In this document: piece after piece, positions 25,243 through 35,166 of the stretch
Layout of the letters: the number at the start of each line of letters is the position of its first letter
How positions within the stretch are numbered: position 1 is the first letter of the stretch
Notes under the pieces: generated by a model
Told to the model about the DNA's origin: nothing
Seen by the model: only the letters and a program-made list of their open reading frames with translations
The model's database searches: none
Translations under genes and position numbers: made by a program
Assembly: GCA_040757625.1 (NCBI GenBank)
Contig: JBFLWU010000015.1
Coordinates: 7,684-71,683, forward strand
DNA from: Thermodesulfobacteriota bacterium
GTDB lineage: Bacteria > Desulfobacterota > Desulfobacteria > Desulfobacterales > JARGFK01
Reading direction: 5' to 3'
DNA length: 64,000 bases

Positions 25243-26496
25243 ATGGAAGAAAAAAAGAAATTACTGGATAATTGTCGGGTTCTGGATTTTAGCAATCAGC
25301 TCGGGTTTCTATGCGGCAAGATATTCGGCGATTTGGGCGCGGATGTCATCAAGGTCGAAAAACCCGGCGGGGACGAGTCTCGAAATGCCGGCCCGTATTA
25401 CAAGGACATTCCGGATCCGGAAAAGAACCTTTACTGGTTTGCCTACAATCACAACAAACGCGGGATTACCCTGGATATCGAGAAAAAAACCGGCCGGGAG
25501 ATTCTAAAGAAGCTGATCGAAAAAACGGATATCCTGATTGAAACATTCGCGCCGGGATATCTGGCCGGACTGGGGCTTGATTATGAAGACCTGGCCAAAA
25601 TCAATCCCAAACTGGTGATGTGTTCCATCACCCCCTTCGGTCGGACCGGCCCCTATAAGGATTATGACGGTTCGGATCTGATCTATATGGCCATGAGCGG
25701 TTTCATGTCCCTGGTGGGGGACCCGGACCGGCCGCCGGTGCGGGTGACCCTGCCGCAGTCCTATATGTGGACCAGCATGCACGCGGCCGCAGGCGCCATG
25801 ATGGCGTATTATCATCGTGGCCTTACCGGTGAAGGGCAGCATGTGGATGTCTCCGCCCAGGCCGGTGTCTTGTGGGCCTGTTCAATTTCGCCGTCCTTCT
25901 ATGATTATAACAAAGAACTTCCCGGCCGGGCGGGGGTGTTCATCACCGGCCGGAGCATTACCGGCGCAAAGATGCGGGCCGTTGAACCCTGTAAGGACGG
26001 GTATGTGAATTATATTATTTACGGCGGACCGGCGGGCATCCGCACCAACATGCAGATGACGGAATGGATGGACAGAAAGGGCAAGGCCCCCGATTATCTG
26101 AAAAATAAAGACTGGAAGAAATTCAACATCGCCACGGTCACCCAGGAGGAGATTGATCAGATTGAAGATGCCAACAATACATTTCTGAAGGGCGTTACCA
26201 AAAAAGAGTTTTTTGACACGTGTCTTGAAAAGGACATGCTGGGGTACCCGGTGGCCACCTCCCAGGATACCATGGAAGATGAACAGCTCAAAGCCAGGGG
26301 ACTCTGGAAAGAAATCGAACATGAAGACCTGGGGGCTAAAATCACCTATCCCTCGTTTTTTACGAAGTTTTCTACGCTGGCGTGCGACCTGTGGCGCAGA
26401 GCCCCTTTGATCGGGGAGCACAACGAAGAGGTTTACGCTGAACTGGGCTATACCAATGAAGATTTATTAAACCTCATGCGGGCCAATGTAATTTAA
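25243..26496 (+). CDS. family III (CaiB/BaiF) CoA-transferase, subunit 1
   Basis: 417 aa. N-terminus RVLDFSNQLGFLCGKIFGDLGADVIKVEKPGGD is typical of the family. Confidence 0.9.
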   Translation: MEEKKKLLDNCRVLDFSNQLGFLCGKIFGDLGADVIKVEKPGGDESRNAGPYYKDIPDPEKNLYWFAYNHNKRGITLDIEKKTGREILKKLIEKTDILIETFAPGYLAGLGLDYEDLAKINPKLVMCSITPFGRTGPYKDYDGSDLIYMAMSGFMSLVGDPDRPPVRVTLPQSYMWTSMHAAAGAMMAYYHRGLTGEGQHVDVSAQAGVLWACSISPSFYDYNKELPGRAGVFITGRSITGAKMRAVEPCKDGYVNYIIYGGPAGIRTNMQMTEWMDRKGKAPDYLKNKDWKKFNIATVTQEEIDQIEDANNTFLKGVTKKEFFDTCLEKDMLGYPVATSQDTMEDEQLKARGLWKEIEHEDLGAKITYPSFFTKFSTLACDLWRRAPLIGEHNEEVYAELGYTNEDLLNLMRANVI

Positions 26497-26538
26497 TCGA
26501 AAATCATTGCAGCGGAAAAAATATCAGGAGATGAAAGC

Positions 26539-27765
26539 ATGAAAAAGGGTGTATTTGAAGGAATAAAAGTGGCTGAGTTTGCTGCGATCGCCGCAGGACC
26601 GCTGATCGGCAAATTCATGGCCGATCACGGCGCCACGGTCGTCCATGTGGAGTCCTATGCCAGACCGGATGGCTTCAGATCCAACTATCCTCCTTACAAA
26701 GACAACAAGCCCGGCCTGAACCGCTCGGGTTCCTTTGCCATCTGCAACAACAATAAGCTGGGGGTTACCATTAATTTAAAGGCCCCCGGGGCCATCGACG
26801 TTGCCAGGAAGCTGGTACAGTGGGCGGATGTGGTGACCGAAAATTTCACGCCCGGGACGATGGATAAGCTGGGGCTGGGTTACGAAGACCTCAAAAAGGT
26901 CAAGCCGGATATCATCATGCTGAGCACCTGCAACCAGGGACAAACCGGCCCGCATGCCCAGCATCCGGGGTTTGGATCACACCTGTCGTCGCTGTGCGGT
27001 TTTACCTATGTAACCGGCTATAAGGACTGCGAGCCCTCTATCCTGTACGGACCCTACGTGGATCATATCGGGGTGGGATACGGCGTCATTGCGGTTACGG
27101 CCGCGTTGGAGCATAAACGCCGCACCGGCGAAGGCCAGCTGATCGATTCGGCCCAGTACGAAGGCGGCGTGCAATTCATGATGCCGGCACTGCTGGAATA
27201 TACCGTCAATAACCGGGTGATGGAGCGCGACGGCAACCGTCACGCCTATGCCGCCCCCCACAATGTTTATCCCTGCAAGGGCCAAGACCGCTGGTGCGCC
27301 ATCAGTGTGTTTACCGACGCGGAGTGGGGCCGCCTGTGCAAGGTCATCGGAAAGGTGCACCTCACGGCCGACCCGCGTTTTGCCACCGTGCTGGCCCGGA
27401 AACGGCATGAGGAAGCGGCCGATCGGGAGATCGCCGAATGGACCTCCCGGCAGACCGCCGAAGAAGCCTTTAAACTGCTTCAGGATAACGGCGTAAAGGC
27501 CGGGGTCGTTCAGACCATCGCGGACCTGTTTATCGATCCGCAGCTGGCGCACCGGGGCATATTCGCGCCGGTGGAGCATCCGGTGGTGGGCCGGACCCAT
27601 GCCGAGGGGCCGCCGTTTGCTTTTTCCAAAACGCCGTTTCAGATCGACCGCCCCTCGCCCTGCATCGGCGAACATAACCGTCTGGTTTTCACGGAGTATC
27701 TGGGATATTCTGAAGAAGAATTCAAGACATTTCATGAGGTGGGGATTATCGACGCTCCGAAATAA
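26539..27765 (+). CDS. family III (CaiB/BaiF) CoA-transferase, subunit 2
   Basis: 408 aa. IKVAEFAAIAAGPLIGKFMADHGATVVHVE. Paralog of the preceding gene. Confidence 0.9.
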   Translation: MKKGVFEGIKVAEFAAIAAGPLIGKFMADHGATVVHVESYARPDGFRSNYPPYKDNKPGLNRSGSFAICNNNKLGVTINLKAPGAIDVARKLVQWADVVTENFTPGTMDKLGLGYEDLKKVKPDIIMLSTCNQGQTGPHAQHPGFGSHLSSLCGFTYVTGYKDCEPSILYGPYVDHIGVGYGVIAVTAALEHKRRTGEGQLIDSAQYEGGVQFMMPALLEYTVNNRVMERDGNRHAYAAPHNVYPCKGQDRWCAISVFTDAEWGRLCKVIGKVHLTADPRFATVLARKRHEEAADREIAEWTSRQTAEEAFKLLQDNGVKAGVVQTIADLFIDPQLAHRGIFAPVEHPVVGRTHAEGPPFAFSKTPFQIDRPSPCIGEHNRLVFTEYLGYSEEEFKTFHEVGIIDAPK

Positions 27766-27952
27766 TGCCTGAGCGGAGCATTATATTGAAGAACCCTGCA
27801 GCAAGCTGCGGGGAAAGCGCTCGCTGTCGCGGTTCAGGCAAGGCCCGAATATCGAGGCGCAACGTTTGAATTTCGCGTTCCGAAACAAAAACCTGGGTTT
27901 TCGGTAAACTGCTAAACAATCCGGCTTTCGTAAGCGCATAGGGGATGGAGTT

Positions 27953-29116
27953 ATGAAAATTCATGAATATCAGGCCAAGGAGCTGTTTAAAAAGTTCGGC
28001 ATCCCGGTTCCCAAAGGGGCGGTCGCCTTCAGCCCGGCGGAGGCCCAGGCGGTCGCCCGGGATATCGGCACCTTGCCGGTGGTGGTCAAAGCCCAGATTC
28101 ACGCCGGCGGCAGGGGCAAGGGCGGCGGGGTCAAGCTGGCCCGGACACTTGATGAAATCGGAAAGCTGGCAGAAGAAATTATCGGGATGAACCTTGTTAC
28201 CCATCAGACCGGGCCCGAGGGGAAAGAAGTCAAAAAAGTCCTCGTGGAACAGGGGCTTGGAATTGATAAGGAACTATATCTCAGCATCGTTCCGGATCGT
28301 TCCTCCGCCCGGATCGTCGTAATGGCCAGCGAGGCCGGAGGAATGGATATCGAGGCGGTGGCGGCCAAAACGCCTGAAAAAATCATCAAGGTCGGCATCG
28401 ATCCGCTGGCGGGCATCCAGCCCCATCACTGCCGCCAGGTTGCCTTCGGGCTGAAGTTTTCACCGGCCGCCCAGAAACAGTTTGTCCCGATGCTGAGCGC
28501 ACTTTACCGTTTGTTTATCGCTTATGATTGTTCGCTGGTTGAGATCAACCCGCTGGTTTTGACCAAGGATGAAACCCTGATCGCCCTGGATGCCAAAATC
28601 AATTTTGACGATAACGGCCTGTTTCGACATAAAGACGTTCTGGCGTACCGTGACCTTGACGAAGAAGATCCCCTGGAAGTCGAGGCATCCAAATTCAATA
28701 TCAATTACATCAAGATGGATGGAAACGTCGGCAACATGGTCAACGGCGCCGGCCTAGCCATGGCGACCATGGATATCATCAAACGCGCCGGGGCCGAGCC
28801 GGCCAATTTTCTTGATGTCGGCGGCGGCGCCAGCGCGGAAATGGTGGAAAACGGTTTTCGCATTATTTTAAGCGATAAGAACGTGAAGGCCATTTTGATC
28901 AATATTTTCGGCGGCATATTGCGCTGCGACGTCCTGAGCACCGGCGTGGTTGAGGCCGCCAAAAAGACGGGCATCCAGGTGCCGGTGGTGGTCCGGATGG
29001 AGGGCACCAATGTCGCGGAAGGACGCAGAATCCTGGCCGAATCCGGCCTCAATCTGATTTCCGCAAAAGACCTTAAGGATGCGGCCCAAAGGATTTCTGA
29101 AATCGTCAGGGCCTGA
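27953..29116 (+). CDS. sucC: succinate--CoA ligase (ADP-forming) beta subunit
   Basis: MKIHEYQAKELFKKFGIPVP..., GGRGKGGGVKL, and 387 aa length. Confidence 0.95.
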   Translation: MKIHEYQAKELFKKFGIPVPKGAVAFSPAEAQAVARDIGTLPVVVKAQIHAGGRGKGGGVKLARTLDEIGKLAEEIIGMNLVTHQTGPEGKEVKKVLVEQGLGIDKELYLSIVPDRSSARIVVMASEAGGMDIEAVAAKTPEKIIKVGIDPLAGIQPHHCRQVAFGLKFSPAAQKQFVPMLSALYRLFIAYDCSLVEINPLVLTKDETLIALDAKINFDDNGLFRHKDVLAYRDLDEEDPLEVEASKFNINYIKMDGNVGNMVNGAGLAMATMDIIKRAGAEPANFLDVGGGASAEMVENGFRIILSDKNVKAILINIFGGILRCDVLSTGVVEAAKKTGIQVPVVVRMEGTNVAEGRRILAESGLNLISAKDLKDAAQRISEIVRA

Positions 29117-29173
29117 GTGTCGATTGCTATCCCCTACACGTTGTGATAATCCTAATTCATCAAAGGTGTTGCT

Positions 29174-30046
29174 ATGAGCATATTCGTAAATAAAGATACG
29201 CGACTCGTCGTCCAGGGAATTACCGGCCGGGAAGGGCAGTTTCACGCCCGCCAGTGCGTTCTCTATGGCACCCAGGTGGTCGCCGGCGTGACTCCCGGAA
29301 AAGGGGGCCAGAAGATGGACGATGTGCCGGTATTCGACACCGTCAGGGAAGCGGTTAAACAAACCGGTGCCAATTGCAGCATGATTTTTGTGCCGCCGCC
29401 CTTTGCCGCCGATGCGATTTTTGAGGCGGCGGATGCAGGCCTTGCACTCGTGGTGGCCATCACCGACGGCATTCCGGTCCTGGATATGATGCGGGTAAAG
29501 GCCTATCTGCAGAAAACGCCGACACGGCTGATCGGGCCCAATTGCCCGGGCATTATAACACCCGGGGAGGCCAAGGTTGGGATTATGCCGGGACCCATCC
29601 ACAAGCCGGGGGGGCCCATCGGGGTCATCTCCCGTTCCGGAACCTTAACCTATGAAGTCGTCAACCAGTTGACCCTGAAAGGAATCGGGCAGACAACCTG
29701 CGTCGGAATCGGCGGCGATCCGATTGTGGGAACCGGCATGATCGATTGCCTGGCCGCTTTTGAAAAAGACCCGGACACCAAAGGGGTGGTCATGGTCGGC
29801 GAAATCGGCGGGACCGCCGAGGAAGAGGCCGCCCGGTTTATCAAAGCTCATTTGACCAAACCGGTGGTGAGCTTGATCGCGGGACTGACCGCTCCTCCCG
29901 GACGCCGCATGGGACATGCCGGCGCCATCATCGACGGTTCGGGCGGAACCGCCCAGGGCAAGATCGAGGCGTTGAAAGCCTGCGGGGTCCATGTGTGCGA
30001 GGATCTGGGATCCATCGGTGATTTTTGCAGCAGAATCTTTAAATGA
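29174..30046 (+). CDS. sucD: succinate--CoA ligase alpha subunit
   Basis: [21 protein letters not shown]..., SRSGTLTYE, and the phosphohistidine loop GHAGAI. Confidence 0.95.
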   Translation: MSIFVNKDTRLVVQGITGREGQFHARQCVLYGTQVVAGVTPGKGGQKMDDVPVFDTVREAVKQTGANCSMIFVPPPFAADAIFEAADAGLALVVAITDGIPVLDMMRVKAYLQKTPTRLIGPNCPGIITPGEAKVGIMPGPIHKPGGPIGVISRSGTLTYEVVNQLTLKGIGQTTCVGIGGDPIVGTGMIDCLAAFEKDPDTKGVVMVGEIGGTAEEEAARFIKAHLTKPVVSLIAGLTAPPGRRMGHAGAIIDGSGGTAQGKIEALKACGVHVCEDLGSIGDFCSRIFK

Positions 30047-30236
30047 TGCGGCTGGCTCGAGCCTGAATCTCCCTGATTCGTCACTTCCGCAAAGGCGGAG
30101 GCCCGGGATCTGACGGAAATACCGGGTTTCCGCTTTCGTGCGAAAGACTCTAAAGGGGAAACAGCGACTTTTGCTACCGGCTCATCAACCGCTAACTTTG
30201 AACCCAAACGTTTTTAATTTAGTAAAAGGAAGTTGA

Positions 30237-30806
30237 ATGGAAAGAATAGTCGTGGGAATGTCGGGCGCATCAGGCGCCATTCTGGGCATCAGGCTGCTGG
30301 AAGTCCTGTCGGTGTCCGATTTTGAGGTCCACCTGGTGATTTCCGGTTCCGCCAAACGAACGATCGAACTGGAAACGGACTGGCAGCTAAAAGATGTGGA
30401 GGCCCTGGCCTCAAAGGTGCACGATTTCGACGACATCGGCGCCCCCATAGCCAGCGGATCATTCAGGACCAGGGGCATGGCCATTGTGCCGTGCTCCATC
30501 AAGACCCTGTCGGCGCTTGCAAATTCTTACAATACCAACCTGCTGATACGGGCGGCGGATGTTACCCTCAAAGAGCGCCGCCGGCTGGTGGTGGTCCCCC
30601 GGGAGGCGCCGCTGCATGCCGGTCATCTCGATTTGATGGCAAAGGTGGAGCGTCTCAGGGGGATGATTTTGCCGCCGTTTATGACGTTTTACCACCGCCC
30701 CAAAAACCTGGACGACATGATAAACCACCTCGTGGGCAAGGTTCTGGATTGTTTTCATATCGACAACAACCTGTTCCAGCGGTGGGGAGAAAAAAATAAA
30801 AAATGA
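30237..30806 (+). CDS. ubiX: UbiX flavin prenyltransferase (prFMN synthase)
   Basis: 189 aa. MERIVVGMSGASGAILGIRLLE, MAIVPCSIKTLSA, RRLVVVPREAPL. Confidence 0.95.
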   Translation: MERIVVGMSGASGAILGIRLLEVLSVSDFEVHLVISGSAKRTIELETDWQLKDVEALASKVHDFDDIGAPIASGSFRTRGMAIVPCSIKTLSALANSYNTNLLIRAADVTLKERRRLVVVPREAPLHAGHLDLMAKVERLRGMILPPFMTFYHRPKNLDDMINHLVGKVLDCFHIDNNLFQRWGEKNKK

Positions 30807-30819
30807 GAGGAACAGATTT

Positions 30820-32280
30820 ATGAAGCACCGAATTCCCTACGAAGACCTGAGAGGCTGGCTGGATCAGGCCCGCAAGCTGAACGAGGTCAAAGACGTCGAC
30901 GGCGCCAGCTGGCAGGAAGACATCGGCATGGCCACGGAATTGCTGCATCATTCGGATCCGGCGCCGGCTGCACTGTTTGACAATATTCCCGGCTATCCTC
31001 AAGGATACCGCGTTCTGACCAATTTTTTCGGCGCCAGACGCATGAACATGACCCTGGGATTTCCGACCGACTTGAGCCGGGTCGAGCTTTCCAACGCCTT
31101 TACCGAGGTCTATCAGTCCGTCAAACCGATTCCGCACGAATATGTCAAAGACGGCCCCATTTTTGAGAATATCCAGGAAGGCGATAATGTCAACGTGCTC
31201 TCTTTCCCGACCCCTTTCTGGCACGAACAGGATGGCGGCCGCTATATCGGCACCGGCAGTTACGACATCACCCGGGACCCGGACGAGAACTGGATCAACC
31301 TCGGGACCTACCGCGTAATGGTGCACGACGAAAAAAGCTTGGGATTTTATATCTCCCCCGGCAAACACGGGCGGGTCCATCGCGACAAATTCATGGCCCT
31401 GAAGCAGCCGATGCCGGTGGTCGTGGTGGTCGGCGGCGATCCTTTCCTTTATTTGATGGCCTGCAACGAAGTCCCTTACGGCATCTGCGAGTACGACCTG
31501 GCGGGCGGCTTCCGCGGCAAGCCCTATCCGGTCGTCAAGGGTCGGGTGACCGGCCTGCCGATACCGGCCCATGCCGAAATCGCCCTGGAGGGCTTTGTCG
31601 ATCCGCGCAAAAGGCGGCAGGAAGGACCCTTCGGTGAATGGACCGGGTATTACGCCAGCGGCGCGCGCGAAGAACCGGTGGTGGACGTCAAGGCGATTTA
31701 TCACCGCAACAATCCCATTATTCTGGGCTGTCCCCCCAACCGGCCGCCGGATGAAATCGCCCGCTACCGGGCGGTGGTCCGATCCGGCCTGCTGAAACAG
31801 CAGCTGCTCAACAGTGGCCTTTCCGGAATCAAAGCGGTCTGGGGCCATGAGGTGGGCAGTTCGCGTATGCTCCTGACCGTCGCCATCGAGCAGCGCTACG
31901 CCGGGCATGCCACCCAGGTGGGTCACGTCGCCTCGCAATGCCATGTGGGGGCTTATGCCGGCAAGTATGTCATCGTGGTGGACGACGATATCGACGTCTC
32001 CGATCTTGAAGCGGTCATGTGGGCCGTGGTTTCACGTTCGGATCCGGCCACGTCCATCGATATCATTCACAACGCCTGGTCGACGCATCTCGACCCGCGG
32101 ATCCCTCCGGAAGACAAGCACAAGGGGCAGCTGACCAACTCCCGCGCCATTATCGACGCGACCCGTCCCTTTGCCTGGAAAGAACAGTTTCCGCTGGTGA
32201 ACATGCCCAGCCCGGAAACCGCGCGGAAGGCCAGGGAAAAATTCGGTTACCTGCTCGACGGGTTCTGCAAGTCGCTTTAA
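30820..32280 (+). CDS. UbiD-family decarboxylase/carboxylase, 486 aa (U4)
   Basis: Starts 13 nt after the ubiX stop. Blocks QDGGRYIGT, EGPFGEWTGYY, EQRYAGHATQ, VIVVDDDID, SRAIIDATRPF. Confidence 0.9.
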   Translation: MKHRIPYEDLRGWLDQARKLNEVKDVDGASWQEDIGMATELLHHSDPAPAALFDNIPGYPQGYRVLTNFFGARRMNMTLGFPTDLSRVELSNAFTEVYQSVKPIPHEYVKDGPIFENIQEGDNVNVLSFPTPFWHEQDGGRYIGTGSYDITRDPDENWINLGTYRVMVHDEKSLGFYISPGKHGRVHRDKFMALKQPMPVVVVVGGDPFLYLMACNEVPYGICEYDLAGGFRGKPYPVVKGRVTGLPIPAHAEIALEGFVDPRKRRQEGPFGEWTGYYASGAREEPVVDVKAIYHRNNPIILGCPPNRPPDEIARYRAVVRSGLLKQQLLNSGLSGIKAVWGHEVGSSRMLLTVAIEQRYAGHATQVGHVASQCHVGAYAGKYVIVVDDDIDVSDLEAVMWAVVSRSDPATSIDIIHNAWSTHLDPRIPPEDKHKGQLTNSRAIIDATRPFAWKEQFPLVNMPSPETARKAREKFGYLLDGFCKSL

Positions 32281-32392
32281 ATCCATGATCGCTGTCAACG
32301 CTTGAGAGGTAAATGACGACGGTGAATCAAAGGAAGCGTTTATTAAAGAATTGAAAAACAAAAAAGAGAGCTGGACAACAGGAGATCAAAAC

Positions 32393-33829
32393 ATGGCACA
32401 TAAGGACTTGAGAGATTGGCTGAAAAAAGTTGAAAAGATGGGGCAGTTGAAAAAGGTTGATGGCGCCAACTGGGACCTGGAAATGGGGGCCATCACCGAG
32501 CTGATATACCAGGAGGGCAAGGGGACCCCCCCGGCCGTTTTGTTCGACCAGGTTCCCGGGTACCCGAAAGGCTTCCGGGCGCTCTTCGGGATGACCTGTT
32601 CGGTGGAAAGAATGGCCCTGACGTTGAACCTGCCGCCCGTTAAAACCGGCGTCGAACTGGTCCGGGCGTATCGTAACAAACTCAAGGATTTTAAACCGAT
32701 ACCCCCCCGATATGTAAAGGACGGCCCCATATTTGAAAATATCGACCGGGGCGACGACGTCAACGTCCTCAAGTTTCCGGTGCCGCTCCATCATGAACTC
32801 GACGGCGGCCGTTATATCGGTACGGGCTGTATGACCATGACCCGCGATCCGGAGGAGGGGTGGGTCAATTTCGGCGCCTACCGCGTCATGGTGCACGATG
32901 AAAAGACGATCGGCTTTTATATTTCGCCGGGCAAGCACGGCAACCTCCAGCGCCAGAAATATTTTGACAAGAACCAGCCCTGCCCGGCGGTGGTGTGCGT
33001 GGGGCAGGATCCGATGCTGTTCCTGGCTTCGGGCAACGAGGTCCCCTACGGCCTGTCCGAATACGATTACGCCGGCGGTTTTAAAGGCGAACCCATCGAC
33101 GTGGTCAAGGCCGAGTATACCGGATTCCCCATCCCGGCACATGCGGAAATCGTCCTGGAGGGCGAAGCGGTCCCCGGCGATGAAAAACTGGAAGGCCCCT
33201 TCGGCGAGTGGTCCGGCTATTACGCCAGCGACGCGAGGGTGGAGCCGGTGATCCGGGTCAAGAACGTTTATTACCGCAAGAATCCGATCCATACCTGCGC
33301 CCGTCCCGGAAGGCCGCCTTCGGACTACTCTTTCAGCAAATGCGTCGTCAAGTCGGCCATGATCTGGGATGAGCTGGAGAAGGCCGGCGTTCCCAACGTC
33401 AGGGGGGTCTGGTGCCACGAGGCCGGCGGCGGCAGGATGTTCAATATCGTCTCCATCAAGAACTCCTACCCGGGACACTCCCGCCAGGCCGGCATGATTA
33501 CCTCCCAGTGCCATGCCGGCGCTTACCTGGGAAGATATGTCGTGGTGGTGGATGACGATATCGATCCCTCCAACACCTTTGACGTTCTCTGGGCGATTGC
33601 CTCGCGTTCCGAACCGACCGAATCCATCGAAATCATCCGCAGCTGCTGGAGCGGACCGCTGGATCCCCGCATTCCCGAGGAGCGAAAGGGGCTCAATTCA
33701 CGGGCGATCATCGATGCCTGCCGTCCCTATCAGTGGCGCAAACGCTTTCCGGCCGTGGCGGAATCGAGTCCGGAGCTGAAGAAAAAGACGCTGAAGAAAT
33801 GGCACCGAACGATTTTTGACGGAAAATAA
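32393..33829 (+). CDS. UbiD-family decarboxylase/carboxylase, 478 aa (U5)
   Basis: ORF 32351 trimmed to ATG 32393 (AGGAG RBS). Blocks LDGGRYIGT, EGPFGEWSGYY, KNSYPGHSRQ, VVVVDDDIDP, SRAIIDACRPY. Confidence 0.9.
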   Translation: MAHKDLRDWLKKVEKMGQLKKVDGANWDLEMGAITELIYQEGKGTPPAVLFDQVPGYPKGFRALFGMTCSVERMALTLNLPPVKTGVELVRAYRNKLKDFKPIPPRYVKDGPIFENIDRGDDVNVLKFPVPLHHELDGGRYIGTGCMTMTRDPEEGWVNFGAYRVMVHDEKTIGFYISPGKHGNLQRQKYFDKNQPCPAVVCVGQDPMLFLASGNEVPYGLSEYDYAGGFKGEPIDVVKAEYTGFPIPAHAEIVLEGEAVPGDEKLEGPFGEWSGYYASDARVEPVIRVKNVYYRKNPIHTCARPGRPPSDYSFSKCVVKSAMIWDELEKAGVPNVRGVWCHEAGGGRMFNIVSIKNSYPGHSRQAGMITSQCHAGAYLGRYVVVVDDDIDPSNTFDVLWAIASRSEPTESIEIIRSCWSGPLDPRIPEERKGLNSRAIIDACRPYQWRKRFPAVAESSPELKKKTLKKWHRTIFDGK

Positions 33830-33873
33830 AAGCGCAATACCTTCGACCATTACGCTTAACAAAAGGAGATCAC

Positions 33874-34440
33874 ATGACCGGACAGGAAACAAAGGATTAC
33901 AGCGACATCTGGGCCGCCGGACAGGAGAAATATCAGAAGCAGCGGCTTTACGTGAGAGCGATCGCCGGTTTCAGCTACAGCATGGCGCAGCAGCTCAAGG
34001 AACTGCGGAGCGTCCCGCGCGTCATGAAGGCAAAAGATCTGAAATTCGCCAAGGGCCCGCAGTATTTCAACTGTACCATCCTCAGTCCCATCCGCAACAT
34101 GGCCCAGTCGATCTTTACGCACATGTGCGTCCTGACGCCGGAGGGCAAATCCCAGAAGCACGGGCACGTGAACGAGGCCATTTTCTTCATACTGGACGGC
34201 GAAGGATATGACATCCACGACGGAGAGCGGCAGGACTGGAAGGCCGGCGATATCGCCATTGTCCCGAATTCAACAGTGCATCAGCACTTCAATAAGAGCA
34301 AGGACAAACTGGCGCGGGTGCTGATCATCAAGACCAAGCCTTTCTATCATTTCATGAATATGTTTTTCCAGGAAGTGGTGGAACCGCAGCCGAAGACGCC
34401 TGTTCCCGGTTATGAGGATTTTAAGCCCAGCATTACCTAA
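33874..34440 (+). CDS. monocupin, gentisate-dioxygenase-like, type A (second pair)
   Basis: AAGGAG RBS. SQKHGHVNEAIFFILDG and GDIAIVPNSTVHQHFN. Paralog of 8621..9163. Confidence 0.75.
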   Translation: MTGQETKDYSDIWAAGQEKYQKQRLYVRAIAGFSYSMAQQLKELRSVPRVMKAKDLKFAKGPQYFNCTILSPIRNMAQSIFTHMCVLTPEGKSQKHGHVNEAIFFILDGEGYDIHDGERQDWKAGDIAIVPNSTVHQHFNKSKDKLARVLIIKTKPFYHFMNMFFQEVVEPQPKTPVPGYEDFKPSIT

Positions 34441-34475
34441 ACAGCCTGCTAATGTCGAAAGGGGAGGATAACGTT

Positions 34476-35027
34476 ATGGATTACGGAGAGAAAAAATATG
34501 CCCAGCCCAAGGCGCCCACGGCGACCTACTACCAGGATCGCCTGGTCGAGGTTCAGAAGGCCAAGACCGCCCATAAGCGATCGGTCGTTTCCGCCGAAGA
34601 GATGGAGTGGGAGCTTTGCCAGCAGGGTCACATCAAGCACCTGGTGAACGAAAAGATGGAAACCGCCTCCAATACCCTCGATATCTGCATGCAGGTTATT
34701 CCCGGCGGGAGCCGCTCGGGCAAGCATTGCCACATGGCCGAGGAATATATGTTCATCTTGGAGGGAAAGGGCTATTCGCTGCACTGGGATGTCGATTTCG
34801 AGTTGGGTGAAGCCTATTACTGGAAAGCCCAGGAAACGCCGTCCAAGTGGGAATGGGAGCGGGGCGACTCGGTTTACATCCCGCCCAATACGGTTCACCA
34901 GCACTTTAATTCCGATCCCAAAAACCCGGTTCGCTTTATTTCGGCGGAAAGCCGCATGTTCAAGTACATGGGGCTGGACACCCTGGAGCAGTTCGAGAAC
35001 GCTCCGGAATTCGACCGGAAGAAGTAA
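34476..35027 (+). CDS. monocupin, gentisate-dioxygenase-like, type B (second pair)
   Basis: ORF 34452 trimmed to ATG 34476 (GGGGAGGA 7 nt upstream). SRSGKHCHMAEEYMFILEG and GDSVYIPPNTVHQHFN. Paralog of 9178..9729. Confidence 0.8.
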   Translation: MDYGEKKYAQPKAPTATYYQDRLVEVQKAKTAHKRSVVSAEEMEWELCQQGHIKHLVNEKMETASNTLDICMQVIPGGSRSGKHCHMAEEYMFILEGKGYSLHWDVDFELGEAYYWKAQETPSKWEWERGDSVYIPPNTVHQHFNSDPKNPVRFISAESRMFKYMGLDTLEQFENAPEFDRKK

Positions 35028-35166
35028 GGATCCGGGTTCAGAGGGACCAAGTTCGAACCCAGGCCCGGCTGGCATGAGTTTGAGCCTTCAGCGGCATTAT
35101 TCGCTTGTCCGGTAAGTTGCGATGGTGAAACGGAATATCCATTAATCCGAATTTCGAGAGAATTTT

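Noticed and set aside
27766-27952. Small GC-rich hairpins in the CoA-transferase/sucC spacer (e.g. CCCTGCAG-CAAG-CTGCGGGG) and in the sucD/ubiX spacer (30047-30236), considered as terminators or REP elements.
   Set aside because: No T-tracts follow them, they are not repeated elsewhere in the window, and the flanking genes are functionally coupled. They are probably mRNA-stabilising or processing structures at most.
30679-33514. Very long antisense ORFs inside UbiD and other genes, e.g. 30679-31944(-), 32327-33514(-), 23957-25081(-), 20582-21448(-), 51176-52774(-), 52910-53956(-) and 28868-29602(-).
   Set aside because: Their translations are low-complexity and rich in Arg, Gly, Pro, Ala, His and Asp, with no recognisable motifs. 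Each lies fully inside a sense-strand gene that has clear family signatures and an RBS. They are typical shadow ORFs of GC-rich coding DNA.
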